Below, one piece after another: positions 33,508 through 46,529 of a stretch of 64,000 nt of DNA. The position numbers were made by a program, and so were the translations under genes. How positions within the stretch are numbered: position 1 is the stretch's first letter; each line of letters starts with the position of its first letter. The DNA is taken from assembly GCA_030295235.1 (NCBI GenBank), contig AP026144.1, forward strand, positions 806,001 to 870,000, given 5' to 3'. The notes beneath the pieces were generated by a model, which was not told the origin of the DNA, ran no database searches, and saw nothing but the letters and a program-made list of their open reading frames with translations. The DNA is from Fistulifera solaris. Lineage: Eukaryota.

Positions 33508-35661
33508 GATCGATAAATGGAGTGTGTTGGTGTTGATAAGGCTGCCTCCTTCAGTTAAGAAACTGACCGAAGGGAGGATGCAGGGTACGAAAGAGCAGAG
33601 AATGCATATCAGTCAATTGTTACAAAGAAGCAAGATGCATTCAGTCAATCACAAATGCAAAACAGGATCTTTATCGACAAAAGGCTTCATCACGAAAACG
33701 AGCAAAGCATAGCACCGCTTCTGCAGCGTCATCGCTATTATGAAAGATAATGGGATGATTGTCCACTGTTTCTTCTGTTAATGTAAGGTAGGATCCCGAT
33801 GATGATATCATTGTGTCTTGTGTTTCATCATTGGAAGCAAGTTTATGATAAATATCGAAAATGCACGTCTCTCATCGTTTTCTTGATTTTCACTTACCTC
33901 AATTTGGGAGTTTCGCTTGGCAAAATGAGGCTACGGCTGTTTTTGCGAATTGCAAAGCCAAAAAAATAAAAAGGATCGAATGCAACGCACGCGCACGCCG
34001 GCAGGGACGCGCCGCCCTGTAGAGTGTGTACGTAAACGCTACGTAGAGAGTGAAAACGGGTGTGACGAAAACGAATGTACTTGTACTTCTAACGGTTACG
34101 GAGTAATTTGGATACGCAGCATGACGTACGTGAATTCGTCGTTTCCTAAGAAAAAGCGCACCGGTACTGGTGTGTACGGTCGGACAGTGGCTTCAAAAAT
34201 TCCATTTTCTTTCTCTCTTATTTCCGAGGACTCCTCCTGTCATTTTTCTTGTGTTTCCTTTCTTTTCATTTGCCGCAAAAAATGATGATGTAGAAACAAA
34301 AGGTATTCTTCTTCGTTATTCACTTGAACGAATGCTTAACCCTAAAGAAAACAGCGTCTTTTCTGGATAAATTACTTCTTTCGGAAGACAATTGACGCAA
34401 GAACGTCTCGCCGCGTTTTCGGCCCTTTTGAACGAGCGAGAGGGCTTCGCTGTGGGCTTTGCAAACCGAATAACCCGGAACAGCGAGATGCTCATACGTA
34501 TACCTTGCAATCCAATACGATCCAAAAATTCCGAAACATCACGCTTCTTTCGTACCATCGCACAATCCATTAAGCTGTGGGAGAACCGGACGACAAATTC
34601 GAGAAGACAGCTTATTCGCTGGATGTTATGGAAGGGTCATGCTTTGATGAGGACATCGCGGCGCCCGTGATATTGCTCCGATCATGATGTTTTTGAGATG
34701 CTTGTTGGAGGCATAGCGTGGTTATTCTTTGCCAGGACACTTTCATCCGAACGAATCCTCTATGCCTCGCGCCGTAATCATGAGAGGAGCGATTGTTGAC
34801 GTCCTGGTGTCGTGGAGGGAGAAGAATGGGACCACCATTAACGAGTGTTCTACCCTAACGTGCTGGACCCTTATTGCAATCAATCATCGAGAACAATCCT
34901 ATCACGAATGCTGCGAGATGGGCAAAAGGGAGTTGATACGTTTCCAACATACACTCATACTCAGAACGCTCTCCGCAATGTGCGGAACACTAAAAGTTTG
35001 GCCCCACAAGGTATCGAGGAGGACCCCGCAGAGTATGCTGGCGTGAGAACAAGTGTATGCAATTGTTTGGATAGTAACGAAACAGAAAACAACGTAGACA
35101 ATGGTGTTAACTATACCTTCGGCGTAATTTCTAAAACCGAGAATTATCTTTCTTTTGAGAATACGGATCAACACTTTGTGAAGAGAATGCATCTTGTAGA
35201 TGCTAGCTACCAAGTCTCGTCAGCCTGCGGGACGCAATCGTCATAGTTCTTGACGGCACAACGGGTTATCGCTGTTTTTGCCTCTTATATTCGTTTGTAT
35301 TTCGCACTGGTCCACTAGCAAAAGTTTGTGATGGGCGGGAGTACATTTGACTTGCTCTCTGTGTGAATTATCTCTGTGTTGTATTTATCGATTCAGCCAG
35401 CCGATAGGCGTCGTGATTTGTGGCATGGGTGAGAGGAACCAAAGGAGTATATGAAACAGGGATGAACGACCGAATGAATCGCAAATACACCCGCACATAT
35501 TCCTCACGGATACATGGGAACGAACGAACGAACGACCGAACGCCTAATAATCGTCTTACAAATTCAGGCTTTATTATTCCTAAAAGGTTAACGCTTCGCC
35601 GAACTGCAGTAACTAGCTGAAACATGACAACGAAGACGGTCTTTATTCCTAGTCTTAGTAT

Positions 35662-36182
35662 TTACTTTGTGAATTTACGTTCACCTGCTCGACTCAAACG
35701 ACGCTGAAGTTGATGATGAGATTCTAAAAATAGAGAAAAGTATTAGAGTCGTCGAACATTTAGTATGGTATGATACATCGACAGAAGAAACAATAAACAC
35801 AGAAATACGTACCACGCCCTTCAGCTTTGGCTCGTTTCGCTTCGACCGCCGCACCTGCTCGCATACCCGCAAAGGGATCCGTCGGTCGACTTTTGAGTTT
35901 CTTTTGTTCCATGAGTTCCACAATGGCACTGTACGCACGGCAACTGGCGGGCAGATCATCAATGTTGTTGGTATTTTCCGATAGTTTGCGGCAAGCTTTT
36001 TCAAAAATGATTCGTTATGGATGATGATGATAATGATGAAAATGAATAGTGATCAAATTGAGCATTATGTGTTGAGAGAGGTATCGTAGCAAGAATACAC
36101 GCAATAGACGATTCGTATCTCTCTCGTACTTACTTTCGTACGAAACCTTGGTTTCCTTCTTGTTCGCATTTGGTGCCACCAT
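35662..36182 (-). CDS. Small basic hypothetical protein (97 aa), three exons: 36182-36134, 35995-35813, 35723-35662
   Basis: GTAAGT...AAG and GTACGT...TAG introns, both phase 1, splice to a stop-free MVAPNANKKETKVSYETCRKLSEN...EGRESHHQLQRRLSRAGERKFTK*. Confidence 0.65.
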
Positions 36183-36727
36183 GTTTTTTTTTTGTTCGTT
36201 TTGTGAACTCAAAAACTTTCAGATAGCAGTGAAGTGAAAGGACAGAGAAGAAAAACTGGAGCAATGCAACAAAGTTAAATCAAAAGCAGAGAACTTCTCG
36301 AAAGAAACTCAACACTCGATGAAGCGAAGACTTGTTTGCCAAACAAATCCAGCAACAAGAAATCTGCAAAACGAGGACGTTACTGGTATTGCGATCTTTT
36401 TTTTTTTTTCCAAAGTGTCAAAACGTCCGAAGAATTTTGTTTTTTGCGCGACGCTTCGGGATTTCGGGTCGCAAGATGGTGTTTGGAGTCGTCGGACAGA
36501 CTGCCACGTGTTATTGTACACTTCATCTCTATATGACTATAGTGTGTATAGTTTAAAGTGCAGCGCACCGTTTCGTCAAGCCAAAATCATCGGAGCGACA
36601 TTTTTGTCGATACCTACAAACGACTCGATCCTTCGACACGAGTACCAGGTATAGTCATCGTCAGGAAATCCACAAAATGTGAGGCCCATCCCAGCGAAAA
36701 AGAAAGAAAGAAAGAAAGAAAGTCACC

Positions 36728-38596
36728 ATGAATAAGCTGCGAATCCGAAAACTATGCTGTGCTCTCCTTTGTCTTGCCGTACATGCAAAGCAGTCAACAA
36801 GGCTGCGGCAACGGACGGGAGATCGAGCTGCATCCTTGCGAACCTCATCACCAAACACACAATCACCCTATCGTCGCTATTTGATTCAATACGACGAAAC
36901 TGCAGGCGGTGAAGCACTTTTATTACAACATGCAACACAATTACATCACTGGTTTGCGAATGAAAAAATAATGTCAGTGGATTTGGAAGACGAGGCTGTT
37001 TTGTTGTTGGAAAACCGTCCTGGAATTGTTGCAATCGAACCCGACCACCGTTGGGTCGCGCAGGGATATTTTGAGCGAATGGTGGATCCATCGGAATTAC
37101 ACAAAAAACAAGGTCGATTCTTAACTTCGGAACAAAATCCAGAAGAAATTATCCCTTACGGCATTTCCATGGTACAAGCCGATCAAGTGACCATGGGGGA
37201 TACACCGATCACGGTTTGTATTGTCGACACGGGCATTGCATTGGAACATCCCGATTTAGACGCCAGTTTAGTGACGGGGGCAGATCGGGAAACGGAAGAT
37301 ACTGCGGGGGTATCTACCATGTTGCTATGGAACAATGATGCACGAGGACATGGCACACATGTCGCGGGGACGATCATGGCGAAAGCCAATAATGGAATCG
37401 GTGTACGTGGTATGGGTCAAATACCCATCTTTGTGACGCGTGGGTTGGATGATTCCGGCAATGCTTTTGAATCCGATATTCGAGAAGCCATCGAGCAGTG
37501 TGAGGCAGCGGGTGCGCAAATCATCAGTCTCAGTTTGGGTGGCGATCAAATGAGTAATGCTATGCAAACACTGATACGGCGTTTGTACAATGAAAAGAAT
37601 ACGCTGATCTTTGCGGCGGCGGGAAATGCGGGAGAGTGGAAACTAGAATATCCGGCCTCAGATCCAACGGTCATTTCGGTATCGGCGGTCGATGAGACCG
37701 AGTGGTTTTGGGATCAGGCCAATTACGGCCCTACGCTAGAGCTGATGGCACCGGGAGTAGGAATTTTATCAACCTCGGTCAATAGTTCAGGATCTTTTAC
37801 TTATGCTGAATACTCGGGGACGTCTATGGCCGTACCGCATGCGTCGGCGGCAGCGGCGCTAGTGTGGAGTCACCATCCCGAATGCACGAACCATCAAATA
37901 CGGTTCGTTTTAGCGGCGACTGCCAAAGATATGGGTGAAGCGGGATGCGATACGGATTTTGGATACGGTATTGTTCAAGTGAAAGATGCACTGGACTTTC
38001 TCGACGCGTATCCTTGTCTCAATGCCACTTGGGGTGCCGCCCCGTTAACTGGCAATTGCACTGTTATGGATGTTCCGACGGATCAAACAGTGGATGAGTA
38101 TCGCGACAATACCAAGTCGCCAGCGGCTGCTCCGACTTTACTCAGCGATGCTCCCGTGATAACCAGTCGACCATTCGAGACCATATCACCAAGTGTAGTC
38201 GATACCAGAACTGAGCTTCCCAGTGCGCCTTCGAAGGAACGGACCGATGAGACTGAACCACCAACAACTAATATTCCGGATGACCCCCTGGAGACGGAGC
38301 CGCCCGGTTTGGACGATCCAGCTCCTTTTGAGTTTCCTGAGGGAATTATAACTGACGAGACAGAATCCGATGGACCAATGAAAGTACCCGAGGTGGACAT
38401 CCCATCCAAAAATGCTGGTCCAGTTGATTTACCCGTGCAAGTTGGCGTTCCCATCAATCATCCCTTTGATCCTCCCGGCATTACGGTCCTGGAAATTCCT
38501 CCAGTCAACGCTCCCAGTACGAAAGTTTCGGAAACAGATCAAGAAAATACCAATTCGCCTACTGCTTTACCGATCATCGTACAAGTTTCCACTTAA
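36728..38596 (+). CDS. Secreted subtilisin-like S8 serine protease with propeptide and Pro/Thr/Glu-rich tail (frame stays open to 38917 past the TAA)
   Basis: Signal peptide; catalytic triad VCIVDTG, HGTHVAG, SGTSMA; oxyanion AAAGN. Confidence 0.95.
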   Translation: MNKLRIRKLCCALLCLAVHAKQSTRLRQRTGDRAASLRTSSPNTQSPYRRYLIQYDETAGGEALLLQHATQLHHWFANEKIMSVDLEDEAVLLLENRPGIVAIEPDHRWVAQGYFERMVDPSELHKKQGRFLTSEQNPEEIIPYGISMVQADQVTMGDTPITVCIVDTGIALEHPDLDASLVTGADRETEDTAGVSTMLLWNNDARGHGTHVAGTIMAKANNGIGVRGMGQIPIFVTRGLDDSGNAFESDIREAIEQCEAAGAQIISLSLGGDQMSNAMQTLIRRLYNEKNTLIFAAAGNAGEWKLEYPASDPTVISVSAVDETEWFWDQANYGPTLELMAPGVGILSTSVNSSGSFTYAEYSGTSMAVPHASAAAALVWSHHPECTNHQIRFVLAATAKDMGEAGCDTDFGYGIVQVKDALDFLDAYPCLNATWGAAPLTGNCTVMDVPTDQTVDEYRDNTKSPAAAPTLLSDAPVITSRPFETISPSVVDTRTELPSAPSKERTDETEPPTTNIPDDPLETEPPGLDDPAPFEFPEGIITDETESDGPMKVPEVDIPSKNAGPVDLPVQVGVPINHPFDPPGITVLEIPPVNAPSTKVSETDQENTNSPTALPIIVQVST

Positions 38597-39221
38597 TGGC
38601 CATCCATGATTCCCACCAGTCAATTGGAAGAGACAGATGGCAATGATGAAACATCGGATACCACAGAAAAGGATGATATCATAGAAGGAGTCGAGACATT
38701 AAACGAGGCCACCAACGGATTCGAAACTATCGAGAAAGAAACGTCGCCACGGTCCGAAGCTACATTTTCGGCCTTTTTGAGTCCGTTTGATGGCACCGGC
38801 CCGAGCTCTCCTCTCATCCCCTCCTCCGGACGAGACTTCTTTCCAGACGATCAAACTAGTTCCATCACCCTACCGGGTCGTCGAAGTAAACAACCTTTTC
38901 GAGGGATATGGAACTAGACGAACAATTTGAAGTCTAGGAATAGGATGGAAATACCAGTACAGGTTGGTCCATACCTGTAATGAACAAATGTTCAGTTCGT
39001 GAATGAAAATGGAGACTTACTTGCGTAGTACTCATGCAACATGCGCACCAATGCTACTTCGTGTATACTCCGCGTTTCTTTCGCAATAAATAAAATAAAT
39101 AATGCGCATTATTTATTTATTGTTACGAATATTGTATTTTGCATTCCTTCTTGTTTCATTCCTTATTATTACAAGCATTCCCTTTCCTTTATTCACTTGC
39201 TTTCCTTCTACAAAACACAAG

Positions 39222-40111
39222 ATGACTCTTTTCGCAATCATCAATTGCCGTTCCTCATTTGTCTTTTGGTAACGCTGATCAGTCTTTTGTTGTTGACGCG
39301 ACCGCGCAACGATGCGACGGTGATCGTTTCCTCGCAGCAACAACAACCTACCCACGGATTGCCGCGGCGCATTCTTGAAGTGGGATTACCACGTTCAGGT
39401 TCCTTGGCGATTCATCAATTTTTGCGTGTCAATCTCACGAAATGCAAAGTAGTAGTCTTCATTATTGTTGTGAGGCAACGAAAACAAAATTTCCTTGCCA
39501 TGAACGAACGATCGGTGAAACGATTCATCAAAATGCTTTAAACGAAAAGCCATTGTTGCAGAACTGTGGTGCGGACGACGAAACACGTGTTTATACGGCA
39601 TTACACGTCGAAGCGGCGGAACCGTACGGTTACTTTTTGCCACAACATTTTGCCTTACCCCTTTTTCTTCAAGACTATCCCGACGCGGTATGGATTTTGC
39701 CGCAACGACAAAATGCTGCTACGTGGGCGACTTCGGTGTTGCACTGGCATTCGGAAACGCAACGATTCTTATCGTCCTTTGGTCTTCGAAAAAGGAAACA
39801 CGTATCGCACCGGCCAATGATCAAGAAGCGAGCCGCATCACGAAAGGATTGCAAGTCGCGGTGGAACACGCGTACGATCCTCAAACACACGCCCAAAAGA
39901 AGCAACAATTGATGGGCATTTACGACCGTCATACGCAAAAGTACGAACCATGGCACAACAACACAATATACGTTTGGTGGAAATCAATATCGATGATCCG
40001 CACGCGGGTGCACTGTTGCAAACCGAATTCCCTTCTTTGAACAGCAATTGTTGGTCTTTTGATGCTTCAGCCTTGGATGAAGATTGGAAGAATTTGACAT
40101 TGCCCTTTTAA
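39222..40111 (+). CDS. Type II membrane sulfotransferase-like P-loop protein (four frameshifts; assembly errors or pseudogene)
   Basis: N-terminal TM, VGLPRSGS 5'-PSB-like loop, YFLPQH...DYPDAVWILPQR...WATSV, RLVEINIDDP. Indels at 39229-32, 39419-23, 39785-86 and 39937-40. Confidence 0.65.
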
Positions 40112-40157
40112 ACACAGAATACTTATCATATACTTTTCCAAAAAAAGAACTATTCCT

Positions 40158-43100
40158 TTATTTTTTCGATTGTAAGCGATTTCGAATATCACAATGCATG
40201 TTCGTCAGAAAGGCCACGTAATCCTTTTCTCCCACGTTGGCGTCTTCGACCAACAAACTTAAAATGCCGGTTTCACGCAATCCTTGATGATCGGGTTGTT
40301 GGAATACGGGAATGATGGCCGGATTCGTTGCACGTGGACTGTTTTGGACCACAAGCGACAACCAATGCTCCAAAATTTCGTGATGACGACGAGCACACAA
40401 TTCTTTTGTGTCCTCGGGGATGAGACGACCCAAATACATAAAGATTCGCAAACCATCGTCGATCAGATAAATACCATCGTCCTGAAAAGATTCCATAGTA
40501 GGACGCACCAGCGGTGGCATATCTTGGGTGTCTTGCGAATTTAAATCGATGGAATAGATATTGGGATACAACAGTGACATACAGGTAGAAGGGTTGCTTT
40601 GGAGGAGCTGGACATTGAAATAGCCTCGCTCATCTCCCGTTGGTTGGATTCGAGCACTCGCGGAGGACGGATCGCGACAGGGAAACCCCGGGGCCAGCAA
40701 AGGCATCTTGATGAGACACATGCAAAATAACGGGAGAAGCTGCAAGCGTGATGGAAGCAATAATTGACCGGTGGGACTGGATATCGCCGGAGTGTTCAGT
40801 CGGTAATTGACCAGCATATTCAAGCATGTGGCGTACAATGCATCGCGAGCTTTTTGGCGGGGTATCATTTTGTCGTCCTTCTTTTGCTCGTTGATTGTTT
40901 TTACTAAATGCGTGTGCGTCGTGCGCACGATGTACGGAAGGATGGCAGCAAAGTCGGCGCTTTGAAATACATCGTTGGCCGATTTCGCGATAGGAATGGC
41001 CAAAGTTGATACGCGAACCAATCGTCGACCTGATGAAGAGGTATACAATAATGCTGTTTGAAAGTACACCATCGAGCTGGATTTTGGAAGCCCGCCTACG
41101 CGGTGATCCAGTTCCACGGATATGCATGTATTGGGTGACAACGACGCCAATTCAAGTTCGGGGGAATCACCAAGAGCGCCTTCTCGCGACGTACCAGGAG
41201 CGCAAACAAAATTCTTGATTTGAACACCAGCCGAACAACGAACTTTGAAGACTGCGTCCCAACCAGAAAATGTCCGGATGTTGCTTCGTAAATTATTGTA
41301 GAGCGATTCTTCCCATTGCACTGCTTGTACCCAGTAGAGGCGTCCACTCGTAAGTCTACACAATTCACCCAATGAAGCAAGACCCAAAAAGCTATTGGCG
41401 CTCACGGATCCGGTGTGCATGACAATGTCAAAGGAGACTCGATTTGTGACGCATTCGTCGGCCAATTTGGAATAAAATGATGCGGAATTTTCATCTTCAT
41501 TTCCTTCTGGCTTTTGTTGAACTTGTACTGGTACATAGGTCATCGTATTCTCTGCTCTAGATCGTCCCAAAAGTAAAGCCTGACTCTCTTCCCTATACGC
41601 CAAGCTACCCACCCCGAAATTGGGCCTTCGCCACGTCAAAGAGTTCCTCGTCCTCCGGATGAGGCCAAGGCGTTGGACAGGAACATCAGAGCAGCTCCAC
41701 CACAGCTTAATTCTGATCCATCTAATCCATATGCATTTCGTGCAAACGATTCTTTGCGCCATTGCTTCAAATCTAAATTGTCTAGAAACTGACACCATGC
41801 GTCTGCAGACTCATTCATCACAAATGTCCATTCCTCCAATGGTGCGGGTGTAAAAGGATCCTCTGTTACGTCAGCAACGACCATACAAGATATTTCACCA
41901 CTGGAAGCATTCCATCGAGGAATCATGATCCCCATGGAAGAGACAAGACACAAGCCAATGCGCGGCGCCGCCCCTAAAGCTTGCTGCTGAAAATGATCCG
42001 TCATATCTTGTCCTAATTTCTGCAACATGGATTTGTATGCTTCCACGTGAGGAGATGTCAAATCCAAGACGTATAACTGTACCGGCTGTACGGGAGTGGG
42101 ACGTGTGATGTAAGGACCGGTCACTTCCCATTCCACCGTGGCTTCCGGACGTGCCGTGACGAGAGCCTGCGTTTGGGCCACCCCGCAAAAAAATGCATTT
42201 GTGATCCGTGGCAAATGGATTCGCATATGCTAAACAGTTCGTACACCGGGGAGGTGCATTGGTAATTGGGAGCATGGGTACCGATACGGTCGTCTCTCTA
42301 GTCTCTTCCGGCAAAGAAGGTACAAAGTCTTGCGACGGCACTGCCAAGGGTACGCACTGCAAAGCCAATGGTATATCTCCCGTACTATGCCATTGCGCAC
42401 GGCTGGCGGGGAATTGATACACTGTGCTACGCAATATATGCGGTGCCGCATTCCCATCGTCAATGACGGTATCTGGTAGCTGGGACGGTGGTGGCTGTCC
42501 CATTTGCGCCCGCGGATAGTATGGCGATACTGATAATGTCGACAAGGGCCGTGGAATCAAAGACACGTCAATGCTGTCCTGGTAGGGTGTGGGTGTCGGT
42601 GGTGGTGGTTGTGGACCTCGAGCATGAGATGGAGGATATGCGCGGCTCTGTGAGGAAGGATACATAGTCTGGGTATGCGTCGAAGGCGGGTACATTTGAC
42701 TTGGTGGTGCTGGAGGCGGCGCGTAAGATGGAGGATGCATCGGCATTTGATCTTGAGTGGACGGCGGATACACTTTTCCGTGCGGCGGGGGATCTGGGTG
42801 CAGTTGACTCGATTGCGAAAAAGGGATATTGCTCTGGGCACCAAGAGGAGGAGGAGGTGGTGGTGGAGGAGGCACCTGACTCTGTGAAGGGGGCGGTTGC
42901 ATCTGACTCGGTTGAGAAAGAGGAGGAGGAGGAGGCGGTTGCATCTGACTTGGTTGCGAAAAAAGAGGAGGCGCATAATTCTGTGAGGAATATCGAGGTC
43001 CCTGAGTCGGTTGAGCAGAATGGCTGTTTACACCAAAAGGAGCCACATAACTTTGTGACGGAGGAGGAGGCATCTGGCTTTGTGACGGTGAAGGACTTGG

Positions 43101-43490
43101 CGGATTGTACGATAATGTCGGAAATGTTTGACCTGGCACTGGGGCCGGAGGGGCAGGCTGCGGCATCGTGGATGTCTCAGTAGACGCAAGCGACGGCGGA
43201 GCAGAAAAAGTCGTCGGAGGATGCATAGGAGGCGGTATTCTTTTGTGTGCTCCGGTGCTACCTCCAGACATGGGAGGAGGCGGAGGAGGAAAACGAGCAT
43301 TATGTGCTGAAGAAGTGACTCCGTTGACCGGTTGCGGCTGTTGTGATTGAAAAGTCATCGACTGCTGCTGCAGAGGAGGCAGAGGAGCCGCAAAACGAGG
43401 AGCGCTGGAAACTGTAGATTGTGGAAACTGTTGCGCCTTGTCCCCATTTTTTCCAGGCGGCGGAGGCGGAGGCAGAGGAAAAGAAGGCAT
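40158..43490 (-). CDS. SEC24: COPII cargo adaptor Sec24; frameshifts at 42187-42193 and 41638-41640
   Basis: Pro-rich N-terminus, DDGNAAP..LRSTVY, zinc finger RCTNC...KCIFCG, trunk domain, WDAVFKVRCS, FQTALLYT...RLVRVST, LQLLPLF, gelsolin-like GIYLIDDG. Confidence 0.93.
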
Positions 43491-44296
43491 ATTTTATTTT
43501 CTCCTCTTTTCGCAAATTGTATTTACCGTGCGTTTGCGAATCCTTTACTATTGAGTGTTCCTTCCTTGATAAATGATCCAAGGGGGTATTGCATATCAAG
43601 AGTAAATGATTAGTTCAGCAATCGGCTGGTTGAAAAGCGTGTTTTTGCTTTGGGAGGATCATCATGGTTGACCAAAAGTCGAATCCGCGCGTGCCGCGGA
43701 TCATTGCGTCGCGTCGCCAGAAGTCGCTGTCGCACTAAACGTGACACAATCTCAACAAGACTCCCTAATTGCTTAATGCTATACACATTCAGTCCCAGGT
43801 CGCTACAGTTAGTTCTCTACATCGATCAAAGGGAATTAATTTTTCAATGTTTTTCCATGCGAGCAACGTTTCGCGATCTCGCTCGCAAAAGTACGACATT
43901 CAATAGTCGTCAGTCGTCAGTCAGTCTTGTGTCTGGGTCTTGGATACTCTCGACATTTAAGAGTGTGGGTGTACTACTACGTACAAAGTGGTTGGAGAAA
44001 ATGTGCATGAATTTGTTACGAAGCATTATCACAACAGAAATTGAGGTGGCATTTACTTATTTAGTTCATTCACGGTCAGAAACCCTCATCTTAAGAATGT
44101 AAAGAGATGTGTTGATGTTCATTCCATAATTCCGTTCGTTGACCAAAAACAACATCCGTCCAAATTTCAAACGAACGTTTCATGACGAACCGCAACAAGG
44201 CTCCCGGATTTCTTGCACTTTTCCGGGAAGCTTTCATACTTCTCCTTATTTTTCAATTCCTACAAAGACCTCGCACACAGAGAAAGAAACACAGCA

Positions 44297-45183
44297 ATGC
44301 CATTGTTCCTTGAACGCAAAAGGCGAGTCGAGCACGGTCGTTGATTGATATCATGCATCCCTCCCAACGACGCTCGCCGTCACCGAAACGTCGTGCGCAG
44401 CGACCGCAACAACAGGACGTCTCGACAGACTCGACGGTGTCGAGCTGTATCAGTTACAGCGAAGAAGGCACGGGAAGTTTCCACAGTGATCGAAGGAAGT
44501 GTGTGCGCTTTAGCACCGTTTCGACGCACTGGATTCAATGTGATAAGACCACAACCGTCGAATCGGTCGATCATCACGAGATTCGCAAATCCGCCATGGC
44601 TCTGGAACGTATCATCGGAGCTCTCAAAATCGAAGAATATCAACGAATGGCATCCTCGACACGGAAACCGAAAGTAAAAGTTGAATCCAAAGAGACGACG
44701 ACACAGCAACCCCGACGGATTCGCGTGGCGACGCGATCTCCTCCCGAACACAGCAATCGCCGCCGCATTCTCGTCCGGGCATCATCTCTTTCGATATTGC
44801 CTACCGAAAAACGCACGCGCAGTCCGTCTCCGCTACGTCGCGCTGTATCTCCCCTTCGCCGTGCGGCATCCCCGCTCCGCCGGTTCCGAAACGCGGACGA
44901 AAAGGAAAATACGAAGACGACCAGCAGCATTCATAAAAGCAACAGTCACACAGAATGCCGCAACAGCAAAAACAGCAGCAACGTAGGTAGCCGCAAGAGC
45001 AAAAAGAGCAGCAGTAGTAACACTGATAGCCGCAATACCAAAAGCACAAAACACAGCATCAGCAGCAGTATCGATAACAACGACAAGGATACAGGTCCCG
45101 GTTTCCGATTTTTACGAACGGATTCCTTTTCTCGATTAGGGCGTTCGATGAGATCGCCGCGAAAGAAACGAGTAGATCCTTAG
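44297..45183 (+). CDS. Ser/Arg-rich disordered protein carrying the VxF/SVDxxE/EEYxxMA domain; 5' start uncertain (44297 with an indel, or 44353)
   Basis: 280-aa ORF with KCVRFSTV...ESVDHHE...IEEYQRMASSTR and (SPLRR)x3. Confidence 0.7.
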
Positions 45184-45519
45184 TATTTCCGGACAAGTGA
45201 TGGATGAGCTCAATTGAGCAGACATGTAGGGTGCCAATAGAATAGAATTTTTCCCTTTTAATAGAGGAGGAGTCTTCTCTCAACCAATGAGATCGTAAAC
45301 AAAAAATAGACTAGGCACAACCAAAAGCAAAGCACACATTTAAAAGTCCGGTCGATGGATTGCAACGTAGTCGGAAGAGTAAAGACCTCAAACGTGAGAG
45401 TAGTTCGCGCATGTTTACCGTTGCAGTCAGAACGAAAACAAGAGCTCTTTGGTCTTTACGATTCGTTTCCTGAACTTAGCTTTTTAAATCATTCGTTGAA
45501 AGGCAGATGAGTGCGTGTC

Positions 45520-45900
45520 TACTTGATATGCTTTGAGTCGGGAGTGTGCGTTAGATATTGCACCTCAGCTTGACGTTTTCGCTTCCGTCGCCGAAACCCA
45601 ATGAAATGCGTTTGTGACATTTATTTGTACGCCTCGATGATACTAGATTCGAGCATTTTCCAGCGTAAATGCGTCTCGAAAGTTCCTTCGTTCTCGGGCA
45701 TAATGCATGCGATTCAATTCATAATCGTCCACCGAACACGTCAAAAGCCATTCGACTTAATCGGCTTCGTGGACATGTTTGACTGAAACTCGACCAAATG
45801 AGACTGATAAACGACCGTCATCATCCGAAACAGAGCCCTCGTCGCTTGAGGCGTCGCGCACGGCGGCAGAAATCATGACAATATGCTGTCGGAGAGAATA
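45520..45900 (-). pseudogene. Pseudogene paralog of the gene at 46530-46982
   Basis: VSFGRVSVKHVHEAD*VEWLLTCSVDDYELNRMHYARERR...IEAYK*MSQT aligns to the neighbour, with two in-frame TAA substitutions and a frameshift. Confidence 0.82.
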
Positions 45901-46529
45901 AGAAGAGAGTGGCACTTTGTAAAAAAAATTAGATGCCCATGAGATTGTCACTCAAAATATCGTTCATCTATTTACTAATTCATCGTTTCTCAAAGAGGCC
46001 TGGAAACGATTCCATGTTGTATGAATGAGTTTGCCCCGACATGCATCTCACTGGTCAACAACATTTATCAAAAAGTGATCTGCCACCCGCCTTTTCTATC
46101 ACTATCACTGGAAACTGGAAAGTTCGTAGGCCTCACTTCATGATGCACACAGTAGAGTAGCATGACAGGGTGTCTGTCATAGTACACAAAACACGAATGA
46201 ATGAACGATACCTGGAAAGGTTCACTTGAACGCAGTCACGGCTTAGAACACCAATCACGAGTTCCCGCTTTATCCTCAAAATAAAGGGGAGCTTGTTGAC
46301 TTTGATGCTAGCAACTCATTCGTTTAGCGTAAAATAGAGGTTACTTTTAACATTTCGTTGTCTCGTATTGTCTTTTGCTGATCGGCACGTACCGAAGTAT
46401 ATTGTGGGCGCGAGGTGCTTTCTGTCGAAAATGATGATCGGTGAAGCGGTATTGTTTGCTTGGATCGGTACCACAGAAGCTATAGGGCTGTTTGGCTGAA
46501 ATTCAGAAGCAGCAGAAGCGATTCGGTAA

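Noticed and set aside
36728..38596. Subtilisin as the dedicated RxL-processing enzyme for the peptide triplet
   Set aside because: It lies 32 kb away and looks like a general secreted S8A protease rather than a membrane-bound SKI-1/S1P type; nothing links them.
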